A stretch of 63,974 nt of DNA, the filler included, from Cercozoa sp. M6MM (taxonomy: Eukaryota; Protista; Endomyxa: Ascetosporea), in the NCBI GenBank assembly GCA_040357565.1. It is 10 parts of 10 records of this genome, joined end to end, with 100 filler letters (N's around TTAATTAATTAA, not from the genome) between each part and the next. Parts side by side here need not be neighbours in the genome. Positions count along the whole stretch, not along the records: positions 7,984 to 14,023 come from JBDODJ010000799.1; positions 14,124 to 24,737 come from JBDODJ010000433.1; 8 more parts are not named here. One strand, 5' to 3'. Position 1 is the first letter of the stretch, and each line of letters starts with the position of its first letter. Below the pieces are notes generated by a model that was not told where the DNA came from, ran no database searches, and saw only the letters and a program-made list of their open reading frames with translations. Shown here piece by piece: positions 12,423 to 24,837 of this stretch. Position numbers and translations under genes: made by a program.

Positions 12423-13662
12423 AGCGAAGCGACCGGGCGCATGCTGTGTGTCCGACTCAATGTCGACCAGCAGCGAGATATCAGAGTATGGGTGTTCTCG
12501 ATGACATTGTCAGCTCGCTTCTTTGACAAGGTATTATAGACTAACTGCGCTCTGTCACACACAAGTGAGTGTTATGCAGGACAACAACACCGAGACACGA
12601 CGAGTACTTGAGTAAGTGTCGCTGCGCCGAGACGCAGCAACATTTCTTCCTATCGTCAAGAAGAACGTGTTGATCAAGCCTGGTTCCTCGCTGTTCCAAA
12701 CACAAACGTACTTTTTACGTAGTGACACACACACACACTCACACACACACCCACACACACACGCGCACACACACACGCACACACAAATCTGTAGCGACTC
12801 GTGGATAGCCTACCCGAAGGCAATGCGTGAGATCATCGCCGAGGTGAAGGGCAGTGCAGTCGACATGGTGACGCCGGAGGACCTTGAGTCTGTACTTGAG
12901 TCGGTGAACCATCGTGTCGAGTGGGTGAAAGCCTCGACCTGTGGCGCTATCAAAAAAGTGAACACCAACAGCACCGAGGGCGGACACAGTCACGTGCGCC
13001 GCTTGTTGAGTGAGCTGGTGCTGACGAAAGTCGTCAAAGACCCTACCAGTATCGCTCTCACCATCAACTTTGCGCAATGGATGCGCAATACCACGACGTC
13101 ACTTTTTTGACGCGATTCCTTTGACACGCGCGGTCAGACGGTTCAACAAAAACGGGAACGCAAGCGTTTTGTGTGGGAGCGTGCCTTGTTTTGCCTCTTC
13201 GCTCAGGTACATAGTTACAAACACACACACACACACATACCACCCCACCACCACGACACTTGAGTTATTTGTACAGGGCATACGGCTACAGCGCAGCTCG
13301 CGTGACAGAGCTGGATGCATTGGACCAGAACTTCGTCGATCAGGTACTTGCTTTGGCAGACGAAGAAGATGCCCTCGAGCGCAGTGATGACGTACCTCTT
13401 TCCCCACAGAACAACAATATAATATGCTACCTCTGAGCCATTGACACCCTTATGTACACAGAATCCTCGCCCAAGCAGACGGCGTCGACTGAGACGCTTC
13501 ATGCAGCAGGATCCCTACCTGGAGGAGGTCGCCATTCTTCAAGTACATGACAGATTCAATGCCGACCAGCAGCGACCTCGTCGGCGAGCTTCCGAGCAGG
13601 CGTTTAACCGACTTGCCGATGCACAAATCGACGCTATAATAGAAGAGCAACAACACCGATAG
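12423..13662 (+). mobile_element. Merlin / IS1595(ISXO2)-type DDE transposase pseudogene with introns
   Basis: RVWVFS ... VSLRRDAATFLPIVKKNVLIKPG ... ICSDSWIAY ... VNHRVEWV ... VNTNSTEGGHSHVRRLL matches the ISXO2 motif order WVFG / R-xxx-TL-x-P-x-I / PGS-x-I-x-SD-x-W-x-AY / VNH / TN-x-IEG. In-frame TAA at 12613-12615. Confidence 0.8.
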
Positions 13663-14147
13663 TTTTGCGTTCAAAACGAGCATTATTTCATCAAAATACA
13701 ACAACAACACATCCAGAAATCTAGACACGTGGGTGCCTCGGGCGGAAAGCAAAAAGAAGTTCAAGTCCGAACAAATACTAGCTTCATTGACTACAACAAC
13801 ACCTAAACTAGTGTCACACACTACTGAACACGTTTAGCGGTTTAATCAAGGTATTTTGGGGCCCAAGCTGTGATCATTTCCGCCTGGCTCAAAAATTGGG
13901 CCGCCCGAAAGGGGTGGGTTCCCGATTCGGGAACTCGACTTGGTCCGGCTTCAGGCTTGATATGAGACTGGACGACTAGCGTTCGACTGCTTTGAACCGT
14001 TTGCTCGGGCGCGAGCTAGCAGANNNNNNNNNNNNNNNNNNNNNNNNNNNNNNNNNNNNNNNNNNNNTTAATTAATTAANNNNNNNNNNNNNNNNNNNNN
14101 NNNNNNNNNNNNNNNNNNNNNNNCCCCCTTCCCCCGTGTGTGCGCAG

Positions 14148-14580
14148 AGTGACTAGAGTGCTGCAGGAGGTGCAGCAGCTGCTCAAGCAGCGGTGCCAGC
14201 AGCTGCTTCTGTCCGCGCGGACGAGGACGAACTCGTCGGCCGCGGCAGGTAGTGTCGACGCGGTGACGCCGACTCGACCCAGGAGGAACGCTGCCGTCAA
14301 CAACAACAACAACAACAACAATAACAACAGCAGCAAGAAAAACAACAAGAACGCCGATGAGTCGGCGCGCAGGAAGACCGGCACCGTGCGCGTGCTGCAG
14401 GCCGACGACCCTCTGCTGGGCGACGGCGACCCTCTGCGCTCCTCTGTGTCCCCGTCTGCCTCCACGGTGTTCTCGTCCTCCTTCGGGACGGCGACGACCA
14501 CCGGCGGCGGCACTCACAGTGCGCGCTCCAGCGTCGACCCGCTGAGCGGCCTGCCGCTGTCACAGCTTGACCCGTCGTGA
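14148..14580 (+). CDS. Hypothetical protein, last exon (poly-Asn, Ser-rich)
   Basis: GC-rich open frame after a GCAG acceptor, ending in TGA at 14580. 5' end truncated by a linker. Confidence 0.6.
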
Positions 14581-15411
14581 TCTCACCGACCGACGGACGG
14601 CACCTACGCTGTCGATCATTCAATGTTTACTAATACGGTGCTTCAGTTACGTGAGCAAACACAGCGGCGGCTGGCGCAGACGCGCGGCGTACGTACACTT
14701 ACTATTGTACATTGTGACCCACTCCCAACTCCCAGAACGTACAGTAGACTGAACTATCAGACGTACAAGCAGCGGTGTTGGTCAGTCTACTGTACAGTAG
14801 TCTACTGTAGTTCCCGTAGACTGTACGTCTGATTTTAGTATTTACGGTAGTTTGAACTATCTCAAAAGGTGGTCTGGCGCACGAGCTGCCTAATGGGGTT
14901 ACAGTGAAGTGCACGTGTGAACTGAACTGAAAGGTACTAGTGCCGGTGCCGGCACCAGGAAACGGAATACCGCGAGGAAATGAACGTTAACGACATTAGT
15001 TGCTCAACTGACATGCACACAGTAGTAAACTGAACTACTAGGCAACGTCATCAGTGGAGTAAAAGGACCCAGTTAAGTCCATTTATAAACATAATTTTCT
15101 GTATCGACAATGGTGGGCGACGCGACGCACATGCTGACGAAGTGAACGTTGTAAGAACGGAATGACAAGGTTGCACGTGACTGATCAAGAAGGCCGCAAA
15201 GGAGCGAACGCGGTCGAGAACGAGCGGAGCGACAAGTGAACGAGAGAGGGAAGAAAAGGCGACCCAGAGTATGAAGCGAGACTGCAGCCGGGTACTGTGC
15301 GCCAGTCCCCAGGGTGCGACGAGAGGCCGGGGGTCGTTTTAAATCGACAGCTGTTAGTGCGAATGGAAGGAGGCCCTCAGGTGGCCTTGGATTGGGAGAT
15401 AATACAATGTT

Positions 15412-15836
15412 TTAGATGTCGCTCTCAGCCATTTGCATTTCGACGTGAATGTCGGTGTTGGCACCGTCCTGCGTGCCAGCACCGGTGTCGCTTACCGACG
15501 AGTTGGCCGTGCTGGCCGCGCTGTGCTGCAGCATGACGATGCGCGAAGTGTTGGCGCCGTGTGAGACACTGTTGCCGGCCTGCGACAGTAGCGAGATTTC
15601 CTTCCATTTCCTAGGAGACACAGGGGAGAGGGTACCTTGTTGCTGGGTCGGTGGTGCGTGTCGGAGCGCGAGGAGACGTTAGTGCTGCGTGCGGCGCGCG
15701 ACGAGAAGCCCGTGTGGTTGCTCGCGTGCAGCTCACTCGTGTGCCGGCCAGTCATCACGAGCACGCAGCGACGGAAGTACAGCATGGCCAGTACACTGCA
15801 ATATAGCACACATACAACACTATAACACTGCAATGT

Positions 15837-15885
<49 letters not shown>

Positions 15886-15895
15886 NNNNNNNNNN

Positions 15896-15944
<49 letters not shown>

Positions 15945-17341
15945 GGAACAAAGATGAGGGCTACCTAAAGTGCATAGCAAAGAGCGACATGGCTTCGATA
16001 CCGAAGCGCGCGTTGACGTCGTTCTTGTCGACGACGAAAACGACGGTGAGCGAGACGATAGCGATGACGCAGCTCATGAAGGTGGCCGAGGCGACCTCGC
16101 GCGAGTCGTTGAGTGCCGGGATCTCGATCTCGCGCACCTCGTAGGCAAAGATGAAACTCACCAGCAGCAGCACGGCCAGCACGGAGCTCGTGACGATGCG
16201 GTGCGCCGTCTCGTGCTCGCTGGTGCAGCGTGTGACGACCTGCTGCACGATGACGTCGCGCGAGGCGTCGTAGGTGTAACCGAGCGTCTCGGTGGTCGAC
16301 GACACCGGATCGATGCTCTCGAACACGGCCAGGAAGATCACCATGCTCACGGTGCAGGCCAGCACGATGAGGAAGAGCTGCAAGTCCGTCACCTTGACGG
16401 CCTCGAGCATGCGGTTGAAGATACGGCGCACGCGCCACAGCTTGGCCATGATGGCCGAAAAACCAATCACAAAGCCGAGCGGCCGCAACCAGCGCGCCGC
16501 GATGCACATGCTCTTGTTGCCGAGCTCGACGTAGCCGTGCACCAGGAACATGGCCGTCAGGCCCAGCATGATGCCCACGATCTGCACGGATTGCATGTTG
16601 GGCGCGCCCATCTTGATGTACCGCAGGTGCCGGTGCGTGTTGATGTACACGAAGCAGCCAACTGTGGCCACCAGTCCGATGGCACCGAAGAACCACGCCA
16701 TGATACGCAGGCCCAGCAGCACCTCCTCCTTCTCGCGCACCATGTTCGGGTACATCTTCTGCGGCAGCAGCGACTTCATCTTGGCCAGACCGTCATCGCC
16801 GAGAGTGTTCACTGCCGAGCTGGCTGCCGGCCCGTTCTGAGACCAGGGGCAGCTTGGTTGGATGGAACAGAAAGGAAGGGAGAAAAGCGTACCGCAAGTG
16901 CCTCCTGCGGAATCTGTGCGATCGGCAGCATGACTGAGTAGAACTTTGGCTCCATACCAATGCTGGCGAATATCTCATGAATCTCGCGAGTGCGCGTATC
17001 GTTTACTGCGCTGATCTGCGACATAAATACATAGACTAAATCTAAATATATATCGGGAAGGTACCGCAAAGTTGTGCAGCAGCTGTTGCGTGTACTCGTG
17101 GAACTTGAGCGGCTTGTTGCCCAAGCCGACAACCGGGTTAACACGCGAGCGGTTGCGTGCAGTCTCGAGAAGAATCTTTCCACTGGTGCTGCCGTTGGAG
17201 TCCTTGAACGCGTTGGCCAGCAGAACTACGGCATCACCGCAGCCTTCTACCGACTGCCGCAGACTCGGACTGAAGTACGGCCACCGCTTGGCGCTGTGGC
17301 GCACATCGACATCACGCACACACACACGCACACACACGCGC

Positions 17342-17393
<52 letters not shown>

Positions 17394-17403
17394 NNNNNNN
17401 NNN

Positions 17404-17452
<49 letters not shown>

Positions 17453-18246
17453 CACAGAGAGAAGGCACAGTTCGTGATTTTGATGAAAGGTGGCATCGAG
17501 CGTCGGGTCGGACTCGTCCTGGGCCTCGAGGATGAGGGTCTTGGGCCGGCCCGCAAAGGTGACGTTTCTCTGGTCGCGCTCGCTGAAGAAGTGCAGCTCG
17601 ATCATGGCCGACACGGCGAGCAGCTGGCCGCCGATGACGACAAAGTTGCTGCCCTCGTCGAGTAGACCGGCCTCGTAGAGCTCCTCGTAGATCATGTTGT
17701 CCTGCGCGTGGTCCACGTCGAGCACCAGCACGCGCACCTGCGACTGCTTGAGTGCGCGGATCATGTCACGCACCTGGCGGCGACGCGTTCGGTCGTCGGT
17801 CACCTTGTTTAGGTCCTCGAAGGCGAGAGACGTGTACGACAGGTGCGCGTAGTGCACAATGTGCAGGTCTATCAGTTACCATAATGGAAAAACCAAGGAT
17901 AGCTGAGTGGGACAGCGGAGTGAGTGAGTGAGAGTGTACTTGACTTGTCCAGACCGACGAGGTTCTCGTAGGTCGAGTCTTGCTCGAGCGAGTAGCGCTG
18001 CAGCAGGAGCTGCACCATGCCGTTGCCATTGTCGGAGTCGATGGCGGCGATATGCGTGGCGCCCATGTAGTTTAGCAGCGTTTCTAACGCGTCCGTCACC
18101 ACGGCCGTCGAGGCGGCGAGCAGCGCGAGGCGCGACAAGTCCTTGTCCGACACGATCTCGTGGTTACTGTCCGTCATCATGGCAAAGTCCTCGTTCGCGA
18201 TCAGTGTCATGCTTAGTAGGTCGCGTGCTGCATTAGCAGGTGTGAC

Positions 18247-18286
<40 letters not shown>

Positions 18287-18386
18287 NNNNNNNNNNNNNN
18301 NNNNNNNNNNNNNNNNNNNNNNNNNNNNNNNNNNNNNNNNNNNNNNNNNNNNNNNNNNNNNNNNNNNNNNNNNNNNNNNNNNNNNN

Positions 18387-18427
<41 letters not shown>

Positions 18428-18859
18428 AATGTAACACAGTAGGAAACAGACAGAGGTACCAGCCAGTGCAGGCACCGTGACGGAGGCCTCGTGGTGCCGA
18501 ATCGGACCGAACACGCCGGCGAGGTTCTCGATCGTGCCCTGCGTGCTGTTGATCACGGCGTCGAACACGAGAGACATCGCTTCGGCCGTGCTGCCGGCGC
18601 TGCCTGCGTCAAGCAGGTTTACGTTCACGTCGGCCGGAGTCTTGAGAGCTGCGGCAATGCTCATGGCCGCCTGTGTGTGTATGTATGTATGTATGTATGT
18701 ATGTATGTGTGTGTGTGTATGTGTGTGTACCTCACACAGCGGCGTGTACAGTGGATCGTTCTTTGGCAGAAGCTTGAGCAGTGTGACATTGTATTGCGTG
18801 GAAGCACTCACGGCGATACAACTGGCCAACACGAGAAGTGTCCCAAACAGGAATTGCAT
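15412..18859 (-). CDS. Class C (GABA-B-like) GPCR: signal peptide + Venus flytrap + 7tm_3
   Basis: MQFLFGTLLVLASCIAVSA; GVFGPIRHHEASV; 7TM exon 15961-16812 with IKMGAPNMQSVQIVG, CIAARWLRPLGFVIGFSAIMAKLWRVRRIF and LNDSREV. Last intron boundary and stop position uncertain (15412 preferred). Confidence 0.92.
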
Positions 18860-19827
18860 TCTCGGTGGCGGTCCTGGCACCCAACCAGGTGAGCTTATTG
18901 TTTACTGCTGGCCACACGCGTTCTGTAAATACACGCACAGCTCCTCACAGATGCGGTAACAGCTGACAAAAACCAAAAAGCCAGAAAAGGTCCCTTTGAT
19001 CACACCAACTGACCACGATGATCAGAGACAAAAAGCAAGTAACCGGGTATCCGGACGGGTACAATGACCACGGCACACCAAAATTCCACATTATGCAAAG
19101 GGATCGAAGTCACCAAACCCCCCAAAAGGCACCAACCACGCCAGTCTTAAAAACAGCAAGGCAAACCGCAGAACTGTTTTACCAAACGTACACGTGCGTC
19201 TTGTCCTGCAATGCGTTAATCGGAGTTAGCAGAAAAGTGCTGGAGCTTTTTGGCCGACTGCGGGACGTTCTCCAACTCAGTTGATCAGAGTTGGGTGCAA
19301 AGCAAAGGGTACCCTTCAGTCAGGCGATCGAACGAGTGTTGCGCATCCCCAATAATGATGTGCGTTACACCACTGTGCTCCAGCTGCCAGAAACTGGCGG
19401 TTTGTGGCCGTCAGTTTCGCTAACGTCACATGCTGGATTCTCATAGCAGTAGAGAGGAGCAGGTTTAAATTGCCCAAACTGATGAATGAGTCTTGGAACG
19501 AAGCGAACCAATTTCCAACTCTTGCGAGGCTTGCTCGCAGTAGAAATTTTAGGTTAATTTCGTAAGTTTACAGTGAATCGCGATGATCAAAAGAAACGAA
19601 AAGAGAAAAACCAGGCCGGTGGCAAAAACTGAAAAAGAGGTGTCGTCACGGGTCACGTCTAAAAGCCATTTGGGGACGCATACGGCACTAATTTGCTTCA
19701 AATCAAGCCAAATTCGTTCGCAAGCACAGGAAAGGTACTCGGCTGGAGGATTTGAAGCGAGCCGTACCTGCTTTTTACAGTACTTACTCTACTTCCGGCA
19801 GGGCAGGAGAGGACTTCCGGCATCAAG

Positions 19828-21500
19828 ATGACGGATTTCAGTGATTGGGATGACTGTGAAATTGACACGCTGATTCTGGACAAAGTTGAGATGGTCAACA
19901 TCGACAATCTTATCTGCACAGTGCTGCTAGAAAACTTCGCCTCTTCAATTCAAGCTGAAGAGAAAATTGAACCGTTTGAAAACGGCATTGGTGCCCAAGA
20001 CCACACAAGCCTGAACTTTGCATCATCGCTCCAAAAGAAGAGGGAAGAAAATGTCAGCAAAGGCAAGCCGCTTCAACGAAAGACTGAAGTGACTGAACCG
20101 AACAGCGTGAAGTGCGTCAAACTTGAACGCGAAGACTCCTTCTCGAACGAACACTCACGTTCTGGTTCAAAGGAAGAACGCCGAAACTTTAACGCTGGCA
20201 GCAAGAGTTCAAGCGTGCTGCCTTTCCTGCTCTTCGTGTCTGTTCTCTTCGTCATGCTGTTGGTAAATTACAGTGCTGCAGTATGAACAAAGACGGTTTT
20301 GTCAACGCTCTATCAACCCCCATTGTTTCAGCATTGGCACTTTGACCGACTTGAAACAGCGCGCTTGCGTCGCCAGCAGGACCAACTTCGCAGTCTCGAG
20401 AAGACCGTGTCGCTGTACCATACTTCCAGCAGTCAGTTGCTTGACTTGACAAACACGATCGACGCCATTCGCCGTCTTGCAGCTCGCATGTAAATTGAGT
20501 CACACTTTCGACTTAACCTTGCTTAAGCACCGTACAGCACTATTTATTTATTTTTATGCACCCAGGGGAGACAGCTGCGATGCAAGAATCGGTACAAAAT
20601 ACGCTCGCAAGAAAAAGGCTCAAAGAAAGAGGACTACCTCCGGACAGGAGGTTTCAGTCTTCACTTTGAACACGGTAAAACTGTGAACTAATACCGAAAT
20701 GACATTTGAAACTTCATCTCGATCTTCAAGTTGACTGAACTGTCCCTGTGCTGTGCGTTTACCAGGCCATCATGGCGCACCGCGACAGACTGCAGCAGTG
20801 GCGTCACAAGCACGAAGCCACCCGCAAGTCGCGTGCTGACACCAACTCTGTCGATCTCTCGGACTACGTGAATGCTCTCGAAACTGAGATTCGCGAGTAC
20901 CAGGCACTTGCACGCAGCATGGGCTTGAAAGAGGTGCAAAATCAAATCAAGTTTCACCAAGAATTTTGAACTGATCAGTTTTGTCGATTGGCGAAGGAAC
21001 TGCACGGTCTCGAGATGCAAATCCACAAGAGTGCGGCACTTTCGGAAGTGTGTGCAAACAGAATCGAGTATAACATCCAGAAACACTCAACGCGGATTGG
21101 CGAATTCGACGACCGGCAGAACAAGAGTAAAATTGACCTGACGTCATCATTAACACTTCCGACTCTTGTATGAGAACCCCTTCCCCTCCAGTACGATTCG
21201 TGGGTCTCATTGGAGCCGCGGCGGGCTCGCTTGCTTTCCCTTTCGCAGCTCCAGGTAAAAAACGTTCTGTTCCATTCCAATCGACACCTATAAATAAGGA
21301 GTGCGAACGTAGTTGTTGGAGGTGCTGCGATTGTCGCGTCCGAGCATTTTCACAAACGCAAGATTCGGAGACTTTTAGGCGAGATCGAGGAACTGCAAGA
21401 GACGCTGCGATTCACGGTCGCGTTGGGCGAGAAGCTCGATCTCGCACTTGCCTCGCTCCGTGAGGTCGACCGTCAGCCAAGCCGCCTCACGACGGACTGA
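19828..21500 (+). CDS. Hypothetical single-pass membrane protein with long coiled-coil C-terminus
   Basis: Acidic N-terminus, hydrophobic VLPFLLFVSVLFVMLL, then heptad-rich exons (RLRRQQDQLRSLEK, YVNALETEIREYQAL, EIEELQETLRF) separated by GT-AG introns. Confidence 0.65.
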
Positions 21501-21559
21501 GAACCCGAGTCATACTGACTGAGAACCCGAGTCATACTGACTGAGAACCCGAGTCATAC
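21495..21559 (+). repeat. 22-bp tandem repeat x3 (GACTGAGAACCCGAGTCATACT) starting at the predicted stop codon
   Basis: Read directly from the sequence. Confidence 0.9.
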
Positions 21560-21764
21560 AGCTACTCTTGTTACAGCACAACCAGGTGAAACTAATGGCT
21601 CAACGCAAGTTTAAACTGAAATTCCCGTCCGTACGTCTGTGAGTCATGAAGCACGAGAAAACTCAGTTCATTTTAATAAACGGGGTCCGAACGGATTGTC
21701 GTTTCGTTTAATTTACACAGCATTGTGCTTGGCAAGCACGCCGACGTCCTAAAAACATAGAAAT

Positions 21765-23342
21765 TTACCCGAACGAGAGAATCACTTTCAAATGTTTGAA
21801 TTTTACATCATCAAGCTGACTTCGGCGCTGCTGATCAAAGTCAGCAAAGGCATCGCTTCGGATGAAGTACACCTACAGGAAAAGTAATCGTGCCACAGCA
21901 CAAAGGAGAGAGAAATAGAGAGAGAGAGAGAGAGAAAAAGAGAAAGAGCGAGAAATCACGTGACTGTTCTCGACGATAAGTTTGCGTGCCTCGGCAAAAC
22001 AGTTGGCGAACTCGGTCACAGTTGCGTCGCTCGCTTGCTGCCATTGTTTAAGTTTTGTTGAATCAGGTCAATTCCGTTTGAGTAAAACAAAACATAAAGA
22101 GGAGATACCTCGGCACCGTTCTTGATGTCTTGCTGCAGTGCAGCATCAACACGCCTCACCATGGCTGCCGCCAAGTTGACTTGCTGCTCCGATCCTACAG
22201 CAGTTTGGTTCAGTCCGGTTGAGTTCAGTCAAGGTCAGGGTCAAATTGCTACCGGATTTAATGTACGTCTCAAACAGGTGCGAGGCCTGTTCCACTGAGA
22301 GTCCGCGTACTCTCCAACTGAACCCAGACATCAGTTTGACTCACCATCAGTCAACAAGAGCAAACAACATACTGTGTAGCCAGCATGGCCTCGAAAAACA
22401 AGAGTTGCTCCGAACACAGTTGCTTGGAGATCTGTCACATTGAGCACGTATACTCTTTCCCCTTATTTCTTGCCCCTGGCCCAAAGAAAGCATACGAACT
22501 CTCGAAGCAGCTCAGCGCACTCATCATCGGCGAGACAGCGCTCGAGTGTCCACTTGGACGAGTTGAACTGCACTCGCACCACATGTGCCAACCGTCGATC
22601 GGCAAAGAACGCCAAAACGATGCCGATCAGCATGAGTGCACCCAGGACACCACATCTACACATCAAAGATGGTGGTACACGCATGAATATTATCCAGAGG
22701 ACAAACTACGTTGCCGACACCGACGTCAGTCGATTCTCTGTTGAAAAAAAAACTCCCTCAGACGGGCAACAACAGACACAAACACTGTAGGTAAAGTTAA
22801 TTCATAAAATACTGTCTCCTTGGCGCTCGTGGGCTAAGTCATTGATCAGTGCGACATCAACCGTGCCCACACTGGCAATGCTTGCTTCCTGTTTGACCAA
22901 CCGGCAAGAGGGGGTACTCAAGAGTAGTCAAGAAAGGGAAGCACAAACACCCTCTCTTTCGTGAGTGTCTCGTTGAACACGACGCGGTTGATGTCGTTTT
23001 GCACCTGTAAAAACACATGCAGTTAACTCAAGGGTGCAGTGAGATGGTGCACACCTCATCGCTCACGATTGGACCCGGTGCGTTGGTGGCAATGGCTTGG
23101 TTCAGAAGCGTTTGCAATTGTTCAAACAGAGGCTACAGTTTCAGGGTACAGCTGTTGGCAAAAAATAAACTATGTCCCCTAAAATCAACGTACGAGGTGC
23201 AGGGCGCCCTGTGAGAGTGACGTGTTGGCCGCAGTATCAACGATGGCCACCATGCCCTCAACGTCGAGTATTTCTGTCTCGCCTCGCATCGCCTGGGTCA
23301 GATAGGACACGTGTCAGTTCGTGTAAATTGGTTGGGTCAGTC

Positions 23343-23427
<85 letters not shown>

Positions 23428-24630
23428 AGAGTACATTGAGTGTGTCAAGTAGCGCAGCAGCGTGTTCCTCCACTCGCTCCCTGGCCCGCCGGTGCGAGTT
23501 CCGCATGTCATTGACTGAGTGTTGAATTGTGATCATCTTTCACCGCTTAAATCATGCTGATATGCGTAGTACACAAGCCGTTCATAGCAACATAGTCCAC
23601 ATCGCCGTTGCTGTTAGGACCCGAAATCTGCAAGACATCATTTCCCTAACTAATTATTTGAGGCACCCTCAATCATCTTAAACGATACCACTTGGTCGGC
23701 AGGCTGGGCGACAGTGAGACCAAAGGCAGCGGTTTGCAGGACTGCATCAGACAAACAACATACTTGTCCATAGACACACCGGTTCATAGGCAGTGGTACA
23801 GTCAATCTGGTTTTGCAGGTTGAGTGCGCGCACTAGTCGGTTGTACGCACTCTCACGCAGGTCCTCGGCTCGCTCAGTCAGATGCGACGCACTCGTCAGT
23901 GCCAGGATGCCTGAGGGGACATTTTAGCTTATAACTCCTTTTATCCCATTCCCAGAAGCAGTACCCGCAGTGGCCGACAGAAGAACGAAAACGACGCGAA
24001 TCGAAAACAGCACTCGTCGCGCACGTCGCACGTCGCGCTCAATCATCTGGGGGATAATAGGAGTAACAAGGGAAATAATGGAAGGCAAAGAGCTAGAACA
24101 CAGAGCTACAAACTGCGCAGGAGACGGCGCCAGAATCGGCGTCGTCGAGTCGACTGAGTACGAGTCCGATTTCTGAATGACAGGGCTAAAAGGAGGTGAG
24201 GGGAGGTAAAACACAGCATACTGATAGGTCGTCGAGTGTGATAGGATGTCGTCCCGCCGGCCTGTCAGCACCGACATCGAGTGGATGGTGGTCACTGCTC
24301 CCGGCGGAAGCACTCTCGGTCGGTGTCAGTGACCACTCGGCCGTCTTAGTCATGCCTCTTTCGCGCACCTGTCAGAACGACAATTCGAGGGGGCGTGTGC
24401 TCATAGTCTGTGTTGTGGTTCGAACTGTACCAAGTCAATGTCTTCCGACGCCAGCATTTGCTCTATCTTTTTCTGCGCACACGAAGCAAAGGGTAAAGGG
24501 TAAAACTGACAGGGGAGGTAAAGTAGGTCGCAACAGTACCTGCGAGTGCGCCAGTGCCGCATGCAACTGCAGTTTGCGTCGTCGTTCGTACAATGATACC
24601 ACGCCTGTCAACAGCAGCAGCACCGGCACC
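21765..24630 (-). CDS. Multi-pass membrane protein with C-terminal RGS domain; 5' truncated
   Basis: Spliced C-terminus TLERCLADDECAELLREF-ISKQLCSEQLLFFEAM...ASHLFETYIKSGSEQQVNL...CFAEARKLIVENSHVYFIRSDAF is an RGS box. Hydrophobic segments at ~24590-24630, ~23960-24010 and ~22600-22655. Confidence 0.85.
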
Positions 24631-24837
24631 TGTCCTCGGGGGAGAGGGGCAACGGGGTAAAGGGCGGAACAGGGGGGTAAACAGGAAGGTAAACAGGAAG
24701 GTAGACAGGGGAATAAACAGGGGGAAATCAGGGGTGANNNNNNNNNNNNNNNNNNNNNNNNNNNNNNNNNNNNNNNNNNNNTTAATTAATTAANNNNNNN
24801 NNNNNNNNNNNNNNNNNNNNNNNNNNNNNNNNNNNNN

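Noticed and set aside
12613-12615. In-frame TAA as evidence for stop-codon reassignment
   Set aside because: TAA, TAG and TGA all terminate conserved genes at sensible places (NEDD8, LSM4, CNOT4), and I found no in-frame stops in conserved exons.
13900-14023. tRNA/SINE suggested by GTTCGA and a small hairpin
   Set aside because: No cloverleaf or A-box could be built, and the region is truncated by a linker.
15970-16941. 323-aa plus-strand ORF and 243-aa alternative-frame ORF over the GPCR
   Set aside because: Shadow ORFs from the high third-position GC of the real 7TM exon.
21495-21559. CRISPR-like array (also 4460-4600, 9500-9570, 38098-38141)
   Set aside because: Head-to-tail repeats without spacers, in a eukaryotic context, with no cas genes.
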